A stretch of DNA of 63,798 bases, filler included, from Licmophora abbreviata (GCA_900291995.1; 18 parts of 18 records of this genome joined end to end with filler, not necessarily neighbours in it); one strand, 5' to 3'. Numbered from the whole stretch's first letter, positions 21,583 to 37,788 are shown. Notes: generated by a model not told the origin, from the sequence alone. Numbers and translations: made by a program.

Positions 21583-22221
21583 CTATTCGGCCGCGACGGT
21601 CGCAGCGGCGCTGTGGCGTTCGACCTTGGGCGTGCTGATACGGGCCTCGGCGGCTTCGGCCAGCAGGTGGGCGATCTTCTCGGCGTCGGGGATACAGCGC
21701 AGCGCGGGTTGCGTTCGGCGAATGACCCAGGGGCGCACATGCGGCCAGCAGACAAGATAGCTTAGACGCGTGTTGCCCATCAGGTCCAGCGCGATCGTTC
21801 CGGTGCTGTCACGATGCAGGCGCAGATCGGCATTGCGCACCTGGCTGAAGGGCAGGTTCAGCGTGACGGTCAGTGCCGCACCGATGCGCATTGCGACCCG
21901 GCGGTTGGTGATGGTGTAGACGGTGGCGCGGGCCTGTACGTAGCCCACGATCAGCAGGATCGCGCAAACGATCCCGCCGAGGATGATGAACGGAAACGAG
22001 GCCCGGAAGGCGCTGGCTGCGCTCACCTGATCCATCAGCGTGACATAGCGCCAGACCGCCAGAACCACGAAATAGACGGCCACCCAGTAAAGGTTGAGTG
22101 AATCGCGTGTCAGCGCCCACCAGTGGGGTTTGCCCTGCCATAGGATGTGCTCGCCTTCGGGGGGGCGTTCGGGCAGTCCCTTGACGGGCTCTGATGCGAA
22201 ATCGTCGTGATCGTGGCTCAT
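21583..22221 (-). CDS. puhB: photosynthetic complex assembly protein PuhB
   Basis: EPVKGLPE.PPEGE.ILWQG, YTITNRRVAMRIG, WPHVRPW. Confidence 0.92.
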   Translation of the reverse strand: MSHDHDDFASEPVKGLPERPPEGEHILWQGKPHWWALTRDSLNLYWVAVYFVVLAVWRYVTLMDQVSAASAFRASFPFIILGGIVCAILLIVGYVQARATVYTITNRRVAMRIGAALTVTLNLPFSQVRNADLRLHRDSTGTIALDLMGNTRLSYLVCWPHVRPWVIRRTQPALRCIPDAEKIAHLLAEAAEARISTPKVERHSAAATVAAE

Positions 22222-22243
22222 GGCGGTCTCCCTTGCTTCTGCG

Positions 22244-23017
22244 TCAGCCCAGTTGCGGCTCAAGCCGCTCTTCGGAGGCATAGAGCGTGCCGCCGGCGTA
22301 GTAGCCGCTGATCTTGTCTTCCTCGAGCATGGTCACCTGGTTGGGCGAGGCATGCTGCGGAACGCCGGCGAAATGCTTGCCGAAGATCGAGCGGATCTTG
22401 ACGTGGTTCGATTTGATCCGGGCCATCGGCAGGGGCACCAGCCGCTTGCCGCCGCCATGATCGGCGTCCAGTTCGATTTCCAGATAGCGGACCATCTGTT
22501 CGGGCTCGTCGAGCCACATATCGGTGATCGCGCCCACCACCTCGTCGTCGCCCGCCATCACAGGCAGGCCACGCGGGTCGCGGCCGGCGGCGACATGGAA
22601 ATGCTCGGTCGCGGCCATCGGGACGATCTTGGGGTGCCCCTTGCCGTCAAGCTCGGGCATGTCGCGGCGCGGCGCCCAGGACGCGGGACCGACGCCATCG
22701 ACCATCGGATCGCCCGTGGGAACGAAGGGAAAACCGTTGCCCGCAGCGGTCTTGCGCAGGGCGATGTCCTTGCGTTCAGGCGTCTGGCCCGAGGGAACGG
22801 TCACGTCGCCACGGCCATGTGGCAGGCGGAATGTCTTGTCGTCAGGCACAGGGAACAGCCCCTGGTTGGCCGAAACGTTGCCGTCATCGTCCTCCAGAGG
22901 GTAGCCCTCGCGCATGTTCTCGCGCTGAATGTAGAAGATCAGCGCGGCGAAGAAGAAATAGAACAGCCAGAGCGACAAGCTGGCCAGATCGAATTGTCCA
23001 AAGAAGGTCTCGGTCAT
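22244..23017 (-). CDS. puhA: reaction centre H subunit
   Basis: ENMREGYPL, PTGDPMVDGVGPAS, LEEDKISGYYAGG. Confidence 0.97.
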   Translation of the reverse strand: MTETFFGQFDLASLSLWLFYFFFAALIFYIQRENMREGYPLEDDDGNVSANQGLFPVPDDKTFRLPHGRGDVTVPSGQTPERKDIALRKTAAGNGFPFVPTGDPMVDGVGPASWAPRRDMPELDGKGHPKIVPMAATEHFHVAAGRDPRGLPVMAGDDEVVGAITDMWLDEPEQMVRYLEIELDADHGGGKRLVPLPMARIKSNHVKIRSIFGKHFAGVPQHASPNQVTMLEEDKISGYYAGGTLYASEERLEPQLG

Positions 23018-23045
23018 GTCGGTATCCTTTCCGAGCAACGGCAGG

Positions 23046-24494
23046 TCATGTGGGGAAGTCGGCCAGGCCGATACGGGCCGCTCCCTTTTGGGGTTCGGGT
23101 GTGGTATCCGCGCGCACCAGACGGACCAGCGGTCCGAGGGCGGCGAGGGTGACGAAAAGCAGGCCGATCTCGAGGTGATAGACGAACGAGTAGCCTGTGG
23201 CGGGTGTGTTCAGCGCCTCGCCCAGCGAGCCAGAGGTCGCGGCGGCATTGATCCAGTCGCGCAGCCCGCCGCCCAGAGCGATCGAGAGGCCTGCGGCCGT
23301 GGCCTGTGCCGCGCCCCACGCGCCAAGCGCAAGGCCGTGTCCGGCCGTGCCGCTGGTGTGCATGGTCATCGCGGCGGTCAGGGTCGAGACCGCGAACAAA
23401 CCGCCGCCAAGCCCGATCAGGCCCGCGCCGGCAAAGAACATCACCGGCGATCCCATGGGCGCGGCGAAGATCACCACCGAGAACGCGGCCACACCGATCA
23501 GCAGGCCGAATGCGGCCAGACGATAGGGATCGCGCCCCTGCGCCAGCATCTTGCCTGCCATGGTGAAGCCGATCAGCGCGCCGATGGCCCAAACGGCGGT
23601 CAGCATCGTGGTCGAGGACACCGACAGGCCCAGGATCTCGCCGCCATACGGCTCGAGCAGCACATCCTGCATGTTGAAGGCCATGGTGCCCAGAAACACC
23701 ACCGCCAGCAGGCGCCCGGCCTGTCCGCCTGCGATCAGATCGGCCCATGCTTCGCGGAAGCGCGGGCGCGGGGCCTCGCGTTCAGCGCGGCTCATCGGGG
23801 CGACTTTTTCCTGTTTCCAGAGCGCGATCAGGTTCAGAACAATACCCACGACGGCCGCACCCTGCACCACCCGGATCAGCCGGAACGGCGAGAAATCCTT
23901 GAGCAGCCAGCCGATGATGACGGCCGACAGGCCCATGCCCACAAGGAACATTACGTAAAGCAGGGCAACGACCCGCGGGCGGGTCTCGTCATCGGCGCGG
24001 TCGGTCGCCAGCGCCAGACCGGCGGTCTGTGTCATGTGCAGGCCGAGGCCCGTCATCAGGAACGCAAGGGCCGCCAGCACCTCGCCCGCCCATGCCGGGC
24101 CTACGGCCTGCTGACCCGACAGCACCAGAAGGGCGAAGGGCATCACGGCCAATCCTCCCATCTGCCACAACGAGCCAAACCAGATATAGGGAATGCGCTT
24201 CCAGCCGATCGCGCTGCGATGCGTGTCCGACCGGAACCCCAGAAGCGCCCGGAACGGCGCGATCAGAACGGGCAGGGCGATCATCACCGCCACGATGGTC
24301 GCCGGTACCGAAAGTTCGACGATCATCACGCGGTTGAGCGTGCCCAGAAGCAGAACCGTCGCCATCCCAACCGACACCTGAAACAGTGACAGGCGCAGAA
24401 GCTGCGCCATCGGCAGCCCTTCGCTTGCGGCATCCGCGAAAGGCAGGATGCGGCTTGTCAGATGGATCAGTCGAGAGGGACGGCGCTGGCTCAT
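23046..24494 (-). CDS. lhaA: PucC-family LH1 assembly protein LhaA
   Basis: LPFADAAS, RLSLFQVSVG, GTLNRVMIVEL; between bchM and puhA. Confidence 0.92.
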   Translation of the reverse strand: MSQRRPSRLIHLTSRILPFADAASEGLPMAQLLRLSLFQVSVGMATVLLLGTLNRVMIVELSVPATIVAVMIALPVLIAPFRALLGFRSDTHRSAIGWKRIPYIWFGSLWQMGGLAVMPFALLVLSGQQAVGPAWAGEVLAALAFLMTGLGLHMTQTAGLALATDRADDETRPRVVALLYVMFLVGMGLSAVIIGWLLKDFSPFRLIRVVQGAAVVGIVLNLIALWKQEKVAPMSRAEREAPRPRFREAWADLIAGGQAGRLLAVVFLGTMAFNMQDVLLEPYGGEILGLSVSSTTMLTAVWAIGALIGFTMAGKMLAQGRDPYRLAAFGLLIGVAAFSVVIFAAPMGSPVMFFAGAGLIGLGGGLFAVSTLTAAMTMHTSGTAGHGLALGAWGAAQATAAGLSIALGGGLRDWINAAATSGSLGEALNTPATGYSFVYHLEIGLLFVTLAALGPLVRLVRADTTPEPQKGAARIGLADFPT

Positions 24495-25138
24495 CGTGAC
24501 AGCTCCATCGCTTGCGAGATGTAGAAGCCCNNNNNNNNNNNNNNNNNNNNNNNNNNNNNNNNNNNNNNNNNNNNTTAATTAATTAANNNNNNNNNNNNNN
24601 NNNNNNNNNNNNNNNNNNNNNNNNNNNNNNCACATCGCCATCAGAAGCGGTGTACGCGGTGCCACGGTGAACACCATCTTGCCGCTCATGCGCAGCGCCA
24701 GCCCGGCCAGCGCGCGGGAGATATCGGCCTGCGAGTAATAGATCAGGCTGTCCATCGCGACCACGTGATCGAACGAACCCAGCCTGTCGGACAGCATGTC
24801 GCCCGAATGAAACGACACCCGTGCCGACAGATCGATGGGCAGGCGTTTGCGCGCGATCTCGACCAGTGAGGGCGAGATATCCACCGCCACCACATCGGCC
24901 CCACGCGCCGCCAGCTCCGCCGTCATCTGCCCCGCGCCGCAGCCCGCATCCAGCACCCGTGCGCCGGTCAGGTCCTCGGGCAGGCGCGACAGGATCTGTG
25001 CGCGCATCCTGTCCCGCCCCGCCCGGACCGTTTCACGGATTCGGCTGACCGGCGCATCGCTGGTCAGCCGTTCCCATGTCCGGGTCGCGGTCTTGTCGAA
25101 ATAGGTCTCGACCGAGGCAAGAGTGCGGTCATAGGACA

Positions 25139-25139
<1 letters not shown>
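24491..25139 (-). CDS. bchM: Mg-protoporphyrin IX methyltransferase (spans gap 24531-24630)
   Basis: VLDAGCGAG, MDSLIYY, C-terminal GFYISQAME. Confidence 0.94.
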
Positions 25140-30352
<5,213 letters not shown>

Positions 30353-30452
30353 NNNNNNNNNNNNNNNNNNNNNNNNNNNNNNNNNNNNNNNNNNNNTTAA
30401 TTAATTAANNNNNNNNNNNNNNNNNNNNNNNNNNNNNNNNNNNNNNNNNNNN

Positions 30453-30899
30453 GAGCAGGAATTGCCCCGCGTTCACCACGTAGGCGGCATAGGCGGCAAG
30501 CGCCACGACCATCTGTCCATCCGGCCCCATCGAGCCGCTGAACAGCACCCAGACATAGGCTGTGTGAAGGCCGATCACGGCAAAGCTGAACACGTCTTCC
30601 CAGAAGAAGGCAGGGGCGAAAAGATATTGACCGAAAACGACTTTTTCCCAAATCGCGCCGGTCACCATGATGAGGTAGAGGAACCCGGTCTTCACGAGGA
30701 TCGACCATGTCGCCGCCTCATAGCCCAGACCCGTGGTCAGGAAGCGCAGCACCAGCACCAATGAGATCAGGAAGACCAGGAACTGCATCGGCGCAAGAAT
30801 GCCCTGAACCAGCGTCCAGATGCTTTCGTCGCGTCGCGCGCGCTGCGCCTCTGTATAGAGACCAGAGCGGTCGTGTTCCGGACCAGAATGCGGTGCCAT
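30453..30899 (-). CDS. bchF: 2-vinyl bacteriochlorophyllide hydratase (3' end in gap)
   Basis: LYTEAQRARRD.SIWTLVQG, WEKVVFGQYLFAPAFFWEDV. Confidence 0.96.
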
Positions 30900-30955
30900 A
30901 TTCCCCCTCGCAGGCCAATGAGTATGGTCCGATGCTAGAGGTGAGAGCCGGAAAG

Positions 30956-30973
30956 TGTCAACTAAAACTTACA
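30956..30973. promoter_or_regulatory. PpsR operator upstream of bchF
   Basis: TGTcaactaaaacttACA. Confidence 0.85.
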
Positions 30974-31127
30974 CTTTGGAAAAGGGGTTCTGTCAATTTT
31001 ATATGATTCTCTGAGCCGGAGGTGTCTCGATACCGGTTTTTCCCAATGTTCAGGCGCGTTTATCCGATCCCGTCGGGGCAATTTCTCTATCAGGAACAGC
31101 GATATGCGGGGTTTTTCGAGGTCAATC

Positions 31128-31145
31128 TGTCAAGTTTATTTGACA
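31128..31145. promoter_or_regulatory. PpsR operator upstream of ppaA
   Basis: TGTcaagtttatttgACA. Confidence 0.85.
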
Positions 31146-31234
31146 TTTTTAAAGTGCGGTCTCATGCTTTATTATAAGGGGCGGCATTGGAAATGCGCGC
31201 GACAAGCGATGGCCGTATTGGCCGGGAGGGGTTC

Positions 31235-32038
31235 ATGGAACTAGACCCGCGCAGACAGCGCTCCGGAATGTCGGCCCCGCAGGGGCACGGGATCCGCTTC
31301 TTGGTCGAATCGGCCCTCCGAAGTATCGCCTCCGAACGGGTCACCAACTGGCCCACGACGCGCGCGCAATGGGTCGAGCGCCTGTGCGAGGCCCTCATGT
31401 CCACCTCGGAAACCAGCTACCAGAGCGTGATCGCGGAATTGATCTCGATCGGCGTGAGCAGCAAGGACATCTATCAGATTTTCGTCCCCGAGGCAGCGCG
31501 CCATCTCGGCAAGCTCTGGCTGCATGACGAGGCGAGTTTCGTCGATGTCTCGATCGGCGCCGCGCGCCTGCAGGCGCTTCTGCGCGAGGCCGAAGGCAAG
31601 GGCCACGCAAAGGGTGTCGATACCAGTATCCCGTTGGGGCAATCCGTCCTCATCGTGATCCCGGACTTCGAGCAGCATTCGCTCGGCGCCTTCGTGGCCG
31701 CGGATCAGTTCCGCCGTCACGGGCTATGGGTGCATATGGCCATTGCGTTGAAACCGGATGAGTTGGTTAATCTTGTTGCAACCGGAAGATTTTCGATGAT
31801 CGGGGTCACGGCTGCGAGCCGGAAAACGGTTGAAAAGCTTTCCGGGTTGGTAGAATACATACGGTCAAGAACGGAAACCTGTCCTCCGGTGGTCGTGGGC
31901 GGCCGTGCGGTAAACGAGATCGCGGATGTCGCGCGACGAACCGGGGCGGATTTCGCAGTTAAATCAGTTCGTGAGGCTGTAGAACGTTGCGGCCTCGCGA
32001 CCGTTGCCGAAACACTGTCATCAGATATTGCCCTGTAA
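31235..32038 (+). CDS. ppaA: B12-binding antirepressor PpaA/AerR
   Basis: PEAARHLGKLW..DEASFVDV, EQHSLG; upstream of ppsR; GGGAGG RBS. Confidence 0.9.
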   Translation: MELDPRRQRSGMSAPQGHGIRFLVESALRSIASERVTNWPTTRAQWVERLCEALMSTSETSYQSVIAELISIGVSSKDIYQIFVPEAARHLGKLWLHDEASFVDVSIGAARLQALLREAEGKGHAKGVDTSIPLGQSVLIVIPDFEQHSLGAFVAADQFRRHGLWVHMAIALKPDELVNLVATGRFSMIGVTAASRKTVEKLSGLVEYIRSRTETCPPVVVGGRAVNEIADVARRTGADFAVKSVREAVERCGLATVAETLSSDIAL

Positions 32039-32075
32039 GCGGCGCGACGGTGTTTTCGGCCCTTGAGGTGGAAAT

Positions 32076-33503
32076 GTGACCAAACAAACTCGGACATCGG
32101 AACGACTGCGGGCTGGTGTTCTGCCGGATCCGACGCATATCGATCAGCTGATCGAGCAGGCGTGTGATATCGCGGTCGTCGTGGACGTGCAGGGTGTCGT
32201 CACGGGCATTTCGGTCAATTCCGACAGCGCTTCGCTTGGCTGTCTCGATCATTGGGTCGGGCGTCCCTTCGATGACTTCCTGACCGAGGAATCCGTCAGC
32301 AAGTACCATGACCGGATCGCGCGGATGCGTGCCGATACGGCCCTTGTGCCGCGCCCGATCGAAATCAATCACATCGACAATGCGAAATGGGAATTCCCCA
32401 TTCGCTACTCGCTGCACCGCATCGCCGATACCGGCGCGATCCTGATGTTGGGCCGTGACATGCAGCCCTTCGCCGAAGTGCAGCAGCGGCTTGTGCGCGA
32501 ACAGATGGCGCGCGAGCGTGACCAGCAAAAGCTGCGCGGTGCCGAGACCTATTTTCGCGTCGTGCTCGAGGCCTCGGACACGCCCATGGCGCTCGTCGAT
32601 CCCGAAAGTGGCCGGATCGGCGATCTGAACTCGGCTGCGGCCGAGCTGATGGGGAGCAAGGCCGATCTTCTGACCGGCAGCGCGATCGCCCAGGCCTTCG
32701 AAGGGCGCCGCCGCTCGGAATTCATGGATACCCTGAAATCCGCCGCCTCTTCGGACGAGACGAAGGGGGTCGAGGTGGTGGCCCGCCGCAATGGCCGCGT
32801 CATCACGATCTGCCCTCAGTTTTTCCGCGCCTCAGGCGATCTGGTGTTGTTGTGCCGCATGGCGACATTGGAAGATGTCGATGCCGGCGGCGCCGAATTG
32901 GCCAACACCCTGTCCTCGCTCTTCGCCTCGAGCACCGATGCGATCGTTCTGGTCGATCCCAAGGGGTTCATCCGCGAGGCCAATGAGGCGTTTCTGGTCA
33001 TGACCGACGCCGCACAACTGCGCGACATCAAGGATCAAGCGCTTTCCGAATTCCTGTCCCGTGGCGCGGTGGACATGAAGCTGATCCTTGAAAACACGAT
33101 TAAATCCGGACGGTTGCGCAGCTATTCGGCGCAGATCAAGAGCGTCGTGGGCACCCGCCTGCCGGTCGAGATTTCCGCCGCCCACCTGCGCCAGCGCGGC
33201 GGGGACATGGGCATCGGCCTGATTATTCGCGATGTCACCCCGCTCGAACAGGGCGCCGCTGCGGAAAGCTCCGCGATGGTCAGCGACGACGCCATGAAGA
33301 ACGTCATGGACCTTGTCGGCACCGCCTCGCTGAAAGAGCTTGTCTCGGCCACATCCGACGTGATCGAGAAGATGTGCATCGAAACCGCCGTGCAGATGAC
33401 CAACAACAACCGCGTCGCCGCCGCTGAAATGCTGGGCCTGTCGCGCCAAAGCCTTTATGTGAAGCTGCGCAAGCACGGATTGCTGCATTCCGGCGACGAT
33501 TGA
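32076..33503 (+). CDS. ppsR: photosynthesis repressor PpsR/CrtJ
   Basis: PAS domains plus Fis-type HTH IEKMCIETA..NNRVAAAEMLGLSRQSLYVKL. Confidence 0.97.
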   Translation: MTKQTRTSERLRAGVLPDPTHIDQLIEQACDIAVVVDVQGVVTGISVNSDSASLGCLDHWVGRPFDDFLTEESVSKYHDRIARMRADTALVPRPIEINHIDNAKWEFPIRYSLHRIADTGAILMLGRDMQPFAEVQQRLVREQMARERDQQKLRGAETYFRVVLEASDTPMALVDPESGRIGDLNSAAAELMGSKADLLTGSAIAQAFEGRRRSEFMDTLKSAASSDETKGVEVVARRNGRVITICPQFFRASGDLVLLCRMATLEDVDAGGAELANTLSSLFASSTDAIVLVDPKGFIREANEAFLVMTDAAQLRDIKDQALSEFLSRGAVDMKLILENTIKSGRLRSYSAQIKSVVGTRLPVEISAAHLRQRGGDMGIGLIIRDVTPLEQGAAAESSAMVSDDAMKNVMDLVGTASLKELVSATSDVIEKMCIETAVQMTNNNRVAAAEMLGLSRQSLYVKLRKHGLLHSGDD

Positions 33504-33553
33504 CGCCGATCCGGGGTGGTCTGAAGCAAGAAACCCCTTTCCCGGAATCGAAT

Positions 33554-33596
33554 TGTATAGTTTAATTGACACTATGAGTGTCACGTATTCCTTACA
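33554..33596. promoter_or_regulatory. tandem PpsR operators flanking the bchG start codon
   Basis: TGT-N12-ACA at 33554-33571 and 33579-33596. Confidence 0.85.
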
Positions 33597-33893
33597 CATC
33601 GCCCGCCGCCTGCCCAAACCGCGCGCCGTTCTCACCCTGATCAAGCCGATCACGTGGTTCCCGCCGATCTGGGCCTATCTGTGCGGCGTCGTCGCCTCGG
33701 GTGTCCCGCTGTCGCAGGCGCCTTGGCTGGTGCTGGTCGGCATGGTTCTGGCCGGGCCTGTGGTCTGCGGCATGAGCCAGGCCGCCAATGACTGGTGCGA
33801 CCGGCATGTGGACGCGATCAACGAACCCGACCGCCCGATCCCGTCGGGCGCGATCCCCGGTCGCTGGGGTCTCTGGATCGCCCTTATCATGAG
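33574..33893 (+). CDS. bchG: bacteriochlorophyll synthase (3' part in gap)
   Basis: LIKPITWFPP, SQAANDWCDRHVDAINEPDRPIPSG. Confidence 0.95.
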
Positions 33894-33993
33894 NNNNNNN
33901 NNNNNNNNNNNNNNNNNNNNNNNNNNNNNNNNNNNNNTTAATTAATTAANNNNNNNNNNNNNNNNNNNNNNNNNNNNNNNNNNNNNNNNNNNN

Positions 33994-34306
33994 GGGCTTT
34001 TTCAACGGCATGTTCGCGGTCGCGGCCATCGGCTCGATGATGGCGCTGGCTGGCGAAGGCCGTGGCGCGCGCGAAGGCACCCGCATGGGGCTTTGGGGCG
34101 CGGCTCAGGCCATCGCGGCGGGCTTTGGCGGCCTTCTGGGGGCGGCGGCGGTCGATGTGATGCGCATCGCCCTGAACTCTGACGCACAGGCCTTCGGCAT
34201 CGTCTTTCTGGCCGAGGCCACACTTTTCATCTTCGCGGCGCTGCTGGCGCTTCGGGTCATTGAGCACGGGCGCGGCCGGGCCGCTGCCATCGTTCCGGGG
34301 GAATAG
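33994..34306 (+). CDS. BCD/PucC-family MFS protein (3' fragment)
   Basis: AVAAIGSMM, REGTRMGLWGAAQAIA; between bchG and bchP. Confidence 0.85.
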
Positions 34307-34309
34307 CAG

Positions 34310-35488
34310 ATGTATGATGTCGTAGTTGTGGGCGGAGGCCCCTCGGGCGCCACCGCCGCCGAGGATCTGGCCCGCTCGGGTCACAAGGTGGCCCTTCTGG
34401 ATCGCGCCGGGCGGATCAAGCCCTGCGGCGGGGCGATCCCGCCCCGGCTGATCGCGGATTTCGATCTTCCCGACGAACAGCTCGTCGCCAAGATCACAAC
34501 CGCGCGGATGATCTCGCCCACCGGGCGCAAGGTCGATATTCCGATCGAGAACGGCTTTGTCGGCATGGTCGACCGCGAGGATTTCGACGAATTCCTGCGC
34601 AAGCGCGCCGCTCACGCCGGGGCGACCCGCGCCACCGGCACCTATCTGCGGATCGACCGCGATGGTGACGGCACCCGCGTCGTCTACCGCGACAAGGTCA
34701 GCGGCAATGAACGCAGCCTCGCCACCAAGCTGGTGATCGGTGCCGACGGCGCCCGCTCGAACGTGGCGCGGACCGAAGTGCCGGGTGGCGACCGCATCCC
34801 TTATGTCATCGCCTATCACGAAATCATCGAGGCGCCCGGCAAGGTCGGCGATTACGACCCCGAACGCTGTGACGTGATCTATGACGGGCGCATCTCTCCC
34901 GATTTCTACGGCTGGGTGTTCCCGCATGGCAAATCCGCCAGCGTCGGCATGGGCTCGATGGTGCGCGACGTGGACCTCAAGAAAGCGACCGCCGATCTGC
35001 GTCTCGCCAGCGGTCTGGCCGATTGCCCCACCATCCGCAAGGAAGGCGCGCCGATCCCGCTCAAGCCGCTCGATCGGTGGGACAATGGCAGCGATGTGGT
35101 GCTGGCCGGCGACGCCGCCGGCGTCGTCGCTCCCAGCTCGGGCGAGGGGATCTATTACGCGATGGTCGGCGGCCGCGTCGCCGCCACCGCCGCCTCGGCC
35201 TGCCTTGCCTCGGGCCGCGCCCGTGACCTGCGGCTGGCGCGCAAACTTTTCATGTCCGAGCACAAGACCGTGTTCCGGGTTCTGGCCTCGATGCAGAATG
35301 CCTATTATAGATCGGACGAGCGCCGCGAGAGATTTGTCTCGCTGTGCCACGACATCGACGTCCAGCGCCTGACCTTCGAGGCCTACATGAACAAGAAACT
35401 CGTCCGCGCGCGCCCAATGGCGCATCTCAAGATCGGCTTGAAGAACCTCGCCCATCTGACGCGGCTTGTCCCGGCAGTCCGTGTATGA
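34310..35488 (+). CDS. bchP: geranylgeranyl reductase
   Basis: VVGGGPSG, KPCGGAIP, GDAAG..SGEGIYYA. Confidence 0.97.
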   Translation: MYDVVVVGGGPSGATAAEDLARSGHKVALLDRAGRIKPCGGAIPPRLIADFDLPDEQLVAKITTARMISPTGRKVDIPIENGFVGMVDREDFDEFLRKRAAHAGATRATGTYLRIDRDGDGTRVVYRDKVSGNERSLATKLVIGADGARSNVARTEVPGGDRIPYVIAYHEIIEAPGKVGDYDPERCDVIYDGRISPDFYGWVFPHGKSASVGMGSMVRDVDLKKATADLRLASGLADCPTIRKEGAPIPLKPLDRWDNGSDVVLAGDAAGVVAPSSGEGIYYAMVGGRVAATAASACLASGRARDLRLARKLFMSEHKTVFRVLASMQNAYYRSDERRERFVSLCHDIDVQRLTFEAYMNKKLVRARPMAHLKIGLKNLAHLTRLVPAVRV

Positions 35489-36033
35489 CCGATTTTGCAC
35501 CGACAGATTACCGACGTGATACCGACGCGATACCGACGTGGGAAAATGGCGTTCTCAAGCCCGTCGACAAGCTTGAAGCGCACCGCCGCGGATTGCGTCA
35601 CAAGGCGGTGTCGGTCTTCGTGATGCATGGTGACGAGGTGCTGATCCAGCGCCGCGCCCTGGGCAAGTATCATACCCCCGGATTATGGGCCAACACCTGC
35701 TGCACCCACCCCCATTGGGACGAGTCGCCCGAAGCCTGCGCGCAGCGCCGCCTGTCCGAGGAACTGGGCATCGAAGGGCTGAAGCTCGAGCACCGCGATC
35801 AGGTCGAATACCGTGCCGATGTGGGCGGTGGGCTGATCGAGCACGAATTGGTGGACATCTTCATCGCGCGGGTGCCCGCACGGATTCCGGTGGCCCCCAA
35901 TCCCGATGAGGTGATGGAGGCGGACTGGATTCAAATGTCTGATCTTGTTGTGAAAACCAAGCGTGACCCGGCGCGGTTCACGCCGTGGCTGCGGATCTAT
36001 CTTGACCAACATGCAGAGCAGATATTCGCCTGA
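35485..36033 (+). CDS. idi: isopentenyl-diphosphate isomerase type 1
   Basis: HKAVSVF, WANTCCTHP, IEHE, FTPWL; ATGA overlap with bchP. Confidence 0.95.
   Translation: MTDFAPTDYRRDTDAIPTWENGVLKPVDKLEAHRRGLRHKAVSVFVMHGDEVLIQRRALGKYHTPGLWANTCCTHPHWDESPEACAQRRLSEELGIEGLKLEHRDQVEYRADVGGGLIEHELVDIFIARVPARIPVAPNPDEVMEADWIQMSDLVVKTKRDPARFTPWLRIYLDQHAEQIFA
35497..35540 (-). repeat. 11-bp tandem array, copy 2 (inverted, inside the idi 5' end)
   Basis: gcaccgac-agattaccgac-gtgataccgac-gcgataccgac-gtg, the reverse complement of GTCGGTATCAC units. Confidence 0.85.
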
Positions 36034-36064
36034 TTTCGGGCCGGATCACTAAAAACTTCTGACA

Positions 36065-36090
36065 TTGATCTGTGTCAATCAAAGTTTACA
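36065..36090. promoter_or_regulatory. overlapping FNR (FnrL) box and PpsR operator upstream of bchE
   Basis: TTGATctgtGTCAA at 36065-36078; TGTcaatcaaagtttACA at 36073-36090. Confidence 0.8.
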
Positions 36091-36126
36091 GATAGCATGG
36101 CACGCTTGTCCTGAATAGGAGGCGCC

Positions 36127-37788
36127 ATGAAACTGCTCTTGATCCATCCGAACTATCATTCCGGCGGTGCCGAAATCGCCGGCAACTGGCCCCCCGCATG
36201 GGTGGCCTATCTCGCCGGTCCGCTCAAGGCTGCGGGCTATGATGACATCACCTTCATCGACGCGATGACCAACAATGTCGAAGAGGATGAGCTGCGCGCC
36301 CGCATCGCCGAGTTGCAACCAGATATTGTTGGTTGCACCGCCATCACCCCCTCCATCTACCGTGCCGAACGTGTCCTCGAGATCGCCCGGGAGGCCGCGC
36401 CCGACTGTGTCACGGTCCTCGGTGGTGTGCATGCGACTTTCATGTTCAAGCAGGTCCTGTCCGAAGCCCCCCATATCGACGCCATCGTGCGCGGCGAGGG
36501 CGAGGAGGTGTTTCTCGACTTCGTGCGCGCGGTCGAGGATGGCCGTTGGCTGACCGACCGCAAACGTATCAAGGGCATAGCCTATACCGATGAAGGCGAG
36601 ATCATTGCTACTCAGGCCGCTCCCACGGTCAAGAATCTCGATGGGCTGACCCCCGATTGGTCAATCCTTGAATGGGACAAATACATCTACATCCCGCTCA
36701 ACACCCGGCTGGCCATTCCCAGCATGGCGCGCGGCTGTCCGTTCACCTGCTCGTTCTGTTCGCAATGGAAATTCTGGCGCGATTACCGCGTCCGCGACCC
36801 TAAGAAGGTCGTGGATGAGATCGAGGATCTTGTTGAAAATCATGGTGTTGGCTTCTTCATCCTCGCTGATGAGGAACCCACGATCAACCGTCGAAAATTC
36901 ACCGAATTCTGCGAGGAGTTGATCGCGCGCGGCCTGCCGGATCGGGTGAAATGGGGCATCAACACCCGCGTAACCGACATCCAGCGTGACAAGGATCAAC
37001 TGGGCCTGTGGCGTCGCGCGGGGCTTGTGCATATCAGTCTCGGCACCGAAGCCGCCGCCCAGATGAAACTGGACCTTTTCAACAAGGAAACCCGCGTCGA
37101 GGAAAACAAGGAAGCCATCCGCCTCCTGCGCGAGGCGGACATCTTCACCGAGGCGCAGTTCATCGTCGGTCTGGACAACGAAACCGAAGAGACGCTCGAG
37201 GAAACCTATCGCTTCGCACGCGACTGGAACCCGGATCTGGCCAATTGGACGATGTATACGCCTTGGCCCTTTACCCCGTTGTTTCAAGAGCTTGGCGACA
37301 AGGTTGAGGTGTTCGACTTCGAGAAATACAACTTCGTCACCCCGATCATGAAGCCCGACGCGATGGATCGCGCCACGCTTCTGGACAAGGTGATGCACAA
37401 TTACCGGCGGTTCTACATCAACAAGGCGCTGTTCCATTACCCGTGGCGGGGCCGGGGATTCCGCCGGAAATACCTGTTGGGCTGCCTGCGTGCCTTCGCC
37501 AAGGCCGGCTTCGCGCGCACCTTCTACGATCTGGGCAAGGTCGGATATTGGGGGCCGCAATCGAAAGAAAAGGTGGATTTCCATTTCGACGAGAGCCGCC
37601 AGATCGCTCAGGCCCAGATGGCCGATTGGGAGGCGATGGCCGATCGAAAGAAAAAGGCCACCGAACGCCGGGTCGCCGTCCGCGATCAGATCAAGGCCGA
37701 AAAGGCCCGCATCGCCGCCGTGCAGGCCGAGGCGCGCGCCTGTGGCGGTGGGGCCGATACCCAGATCGAACGCACCCCGGCGGAGTGA
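36127..37788 (+). CDS. bchE: anaerobic Mg-protoporphyrin IX monomethyl ester cyclase (B12 radical SAM)
   Basis: [27 protein letters not shown]. Confidence 0.97.
   Translation: MKLLLIHPNYHSGGAEIAGNWPPAWVAYLAGPLKAAGYDDITFIDAMTNNVEEDELRARIAELQPDIVGCTAITPSIYRAERVLEIAREAAPDCVTVLGGVHATFMFKQVLSEAPHIDAIVRGEGEEVFLDFVRAVEDGRWLTDRKRIKGIAYTDEGEIIATQAAPTVKNLDGLTPDWSILEWDKYIYIPLNTRLAIPSMARGCPFTCSFCSQWKFWRDYRVRDPKKVVDEIEDLVENHGVGFFILADEEPTINRRKFTEFCEELIARGLPDRVKWGINTRVTDIQRDKDQLGLWRRAGLVHISLGTEAAAQMKLDLFNKETRVEENKEAIRLLREADIFTEAQFIVGLDNETEETLEETYRFARDWNPDLANWTMYTPWPFTPLFQELGDKVEVFDFEKYNFVTPIMKPDAMDRATLLDKVMHNYRRFYINKALFHYPWRGRGFRRKYLLGCLRAFAKAGFARTFYDLGKVGYWGPQSKEKVDFHFDESRQIAQAQMADWEAMADRKKKATERRVAVRDQIKAEKARIAAVQAEARACGGGADTQIERTPAE

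Noticed and set aside
30353..30452. Apparent truncation or loss of bchN, crtE, bchH middle, bchG and dxs ends
   Set aside because: All breaks coincide with assembly gaps; no evidence of pseudogenes
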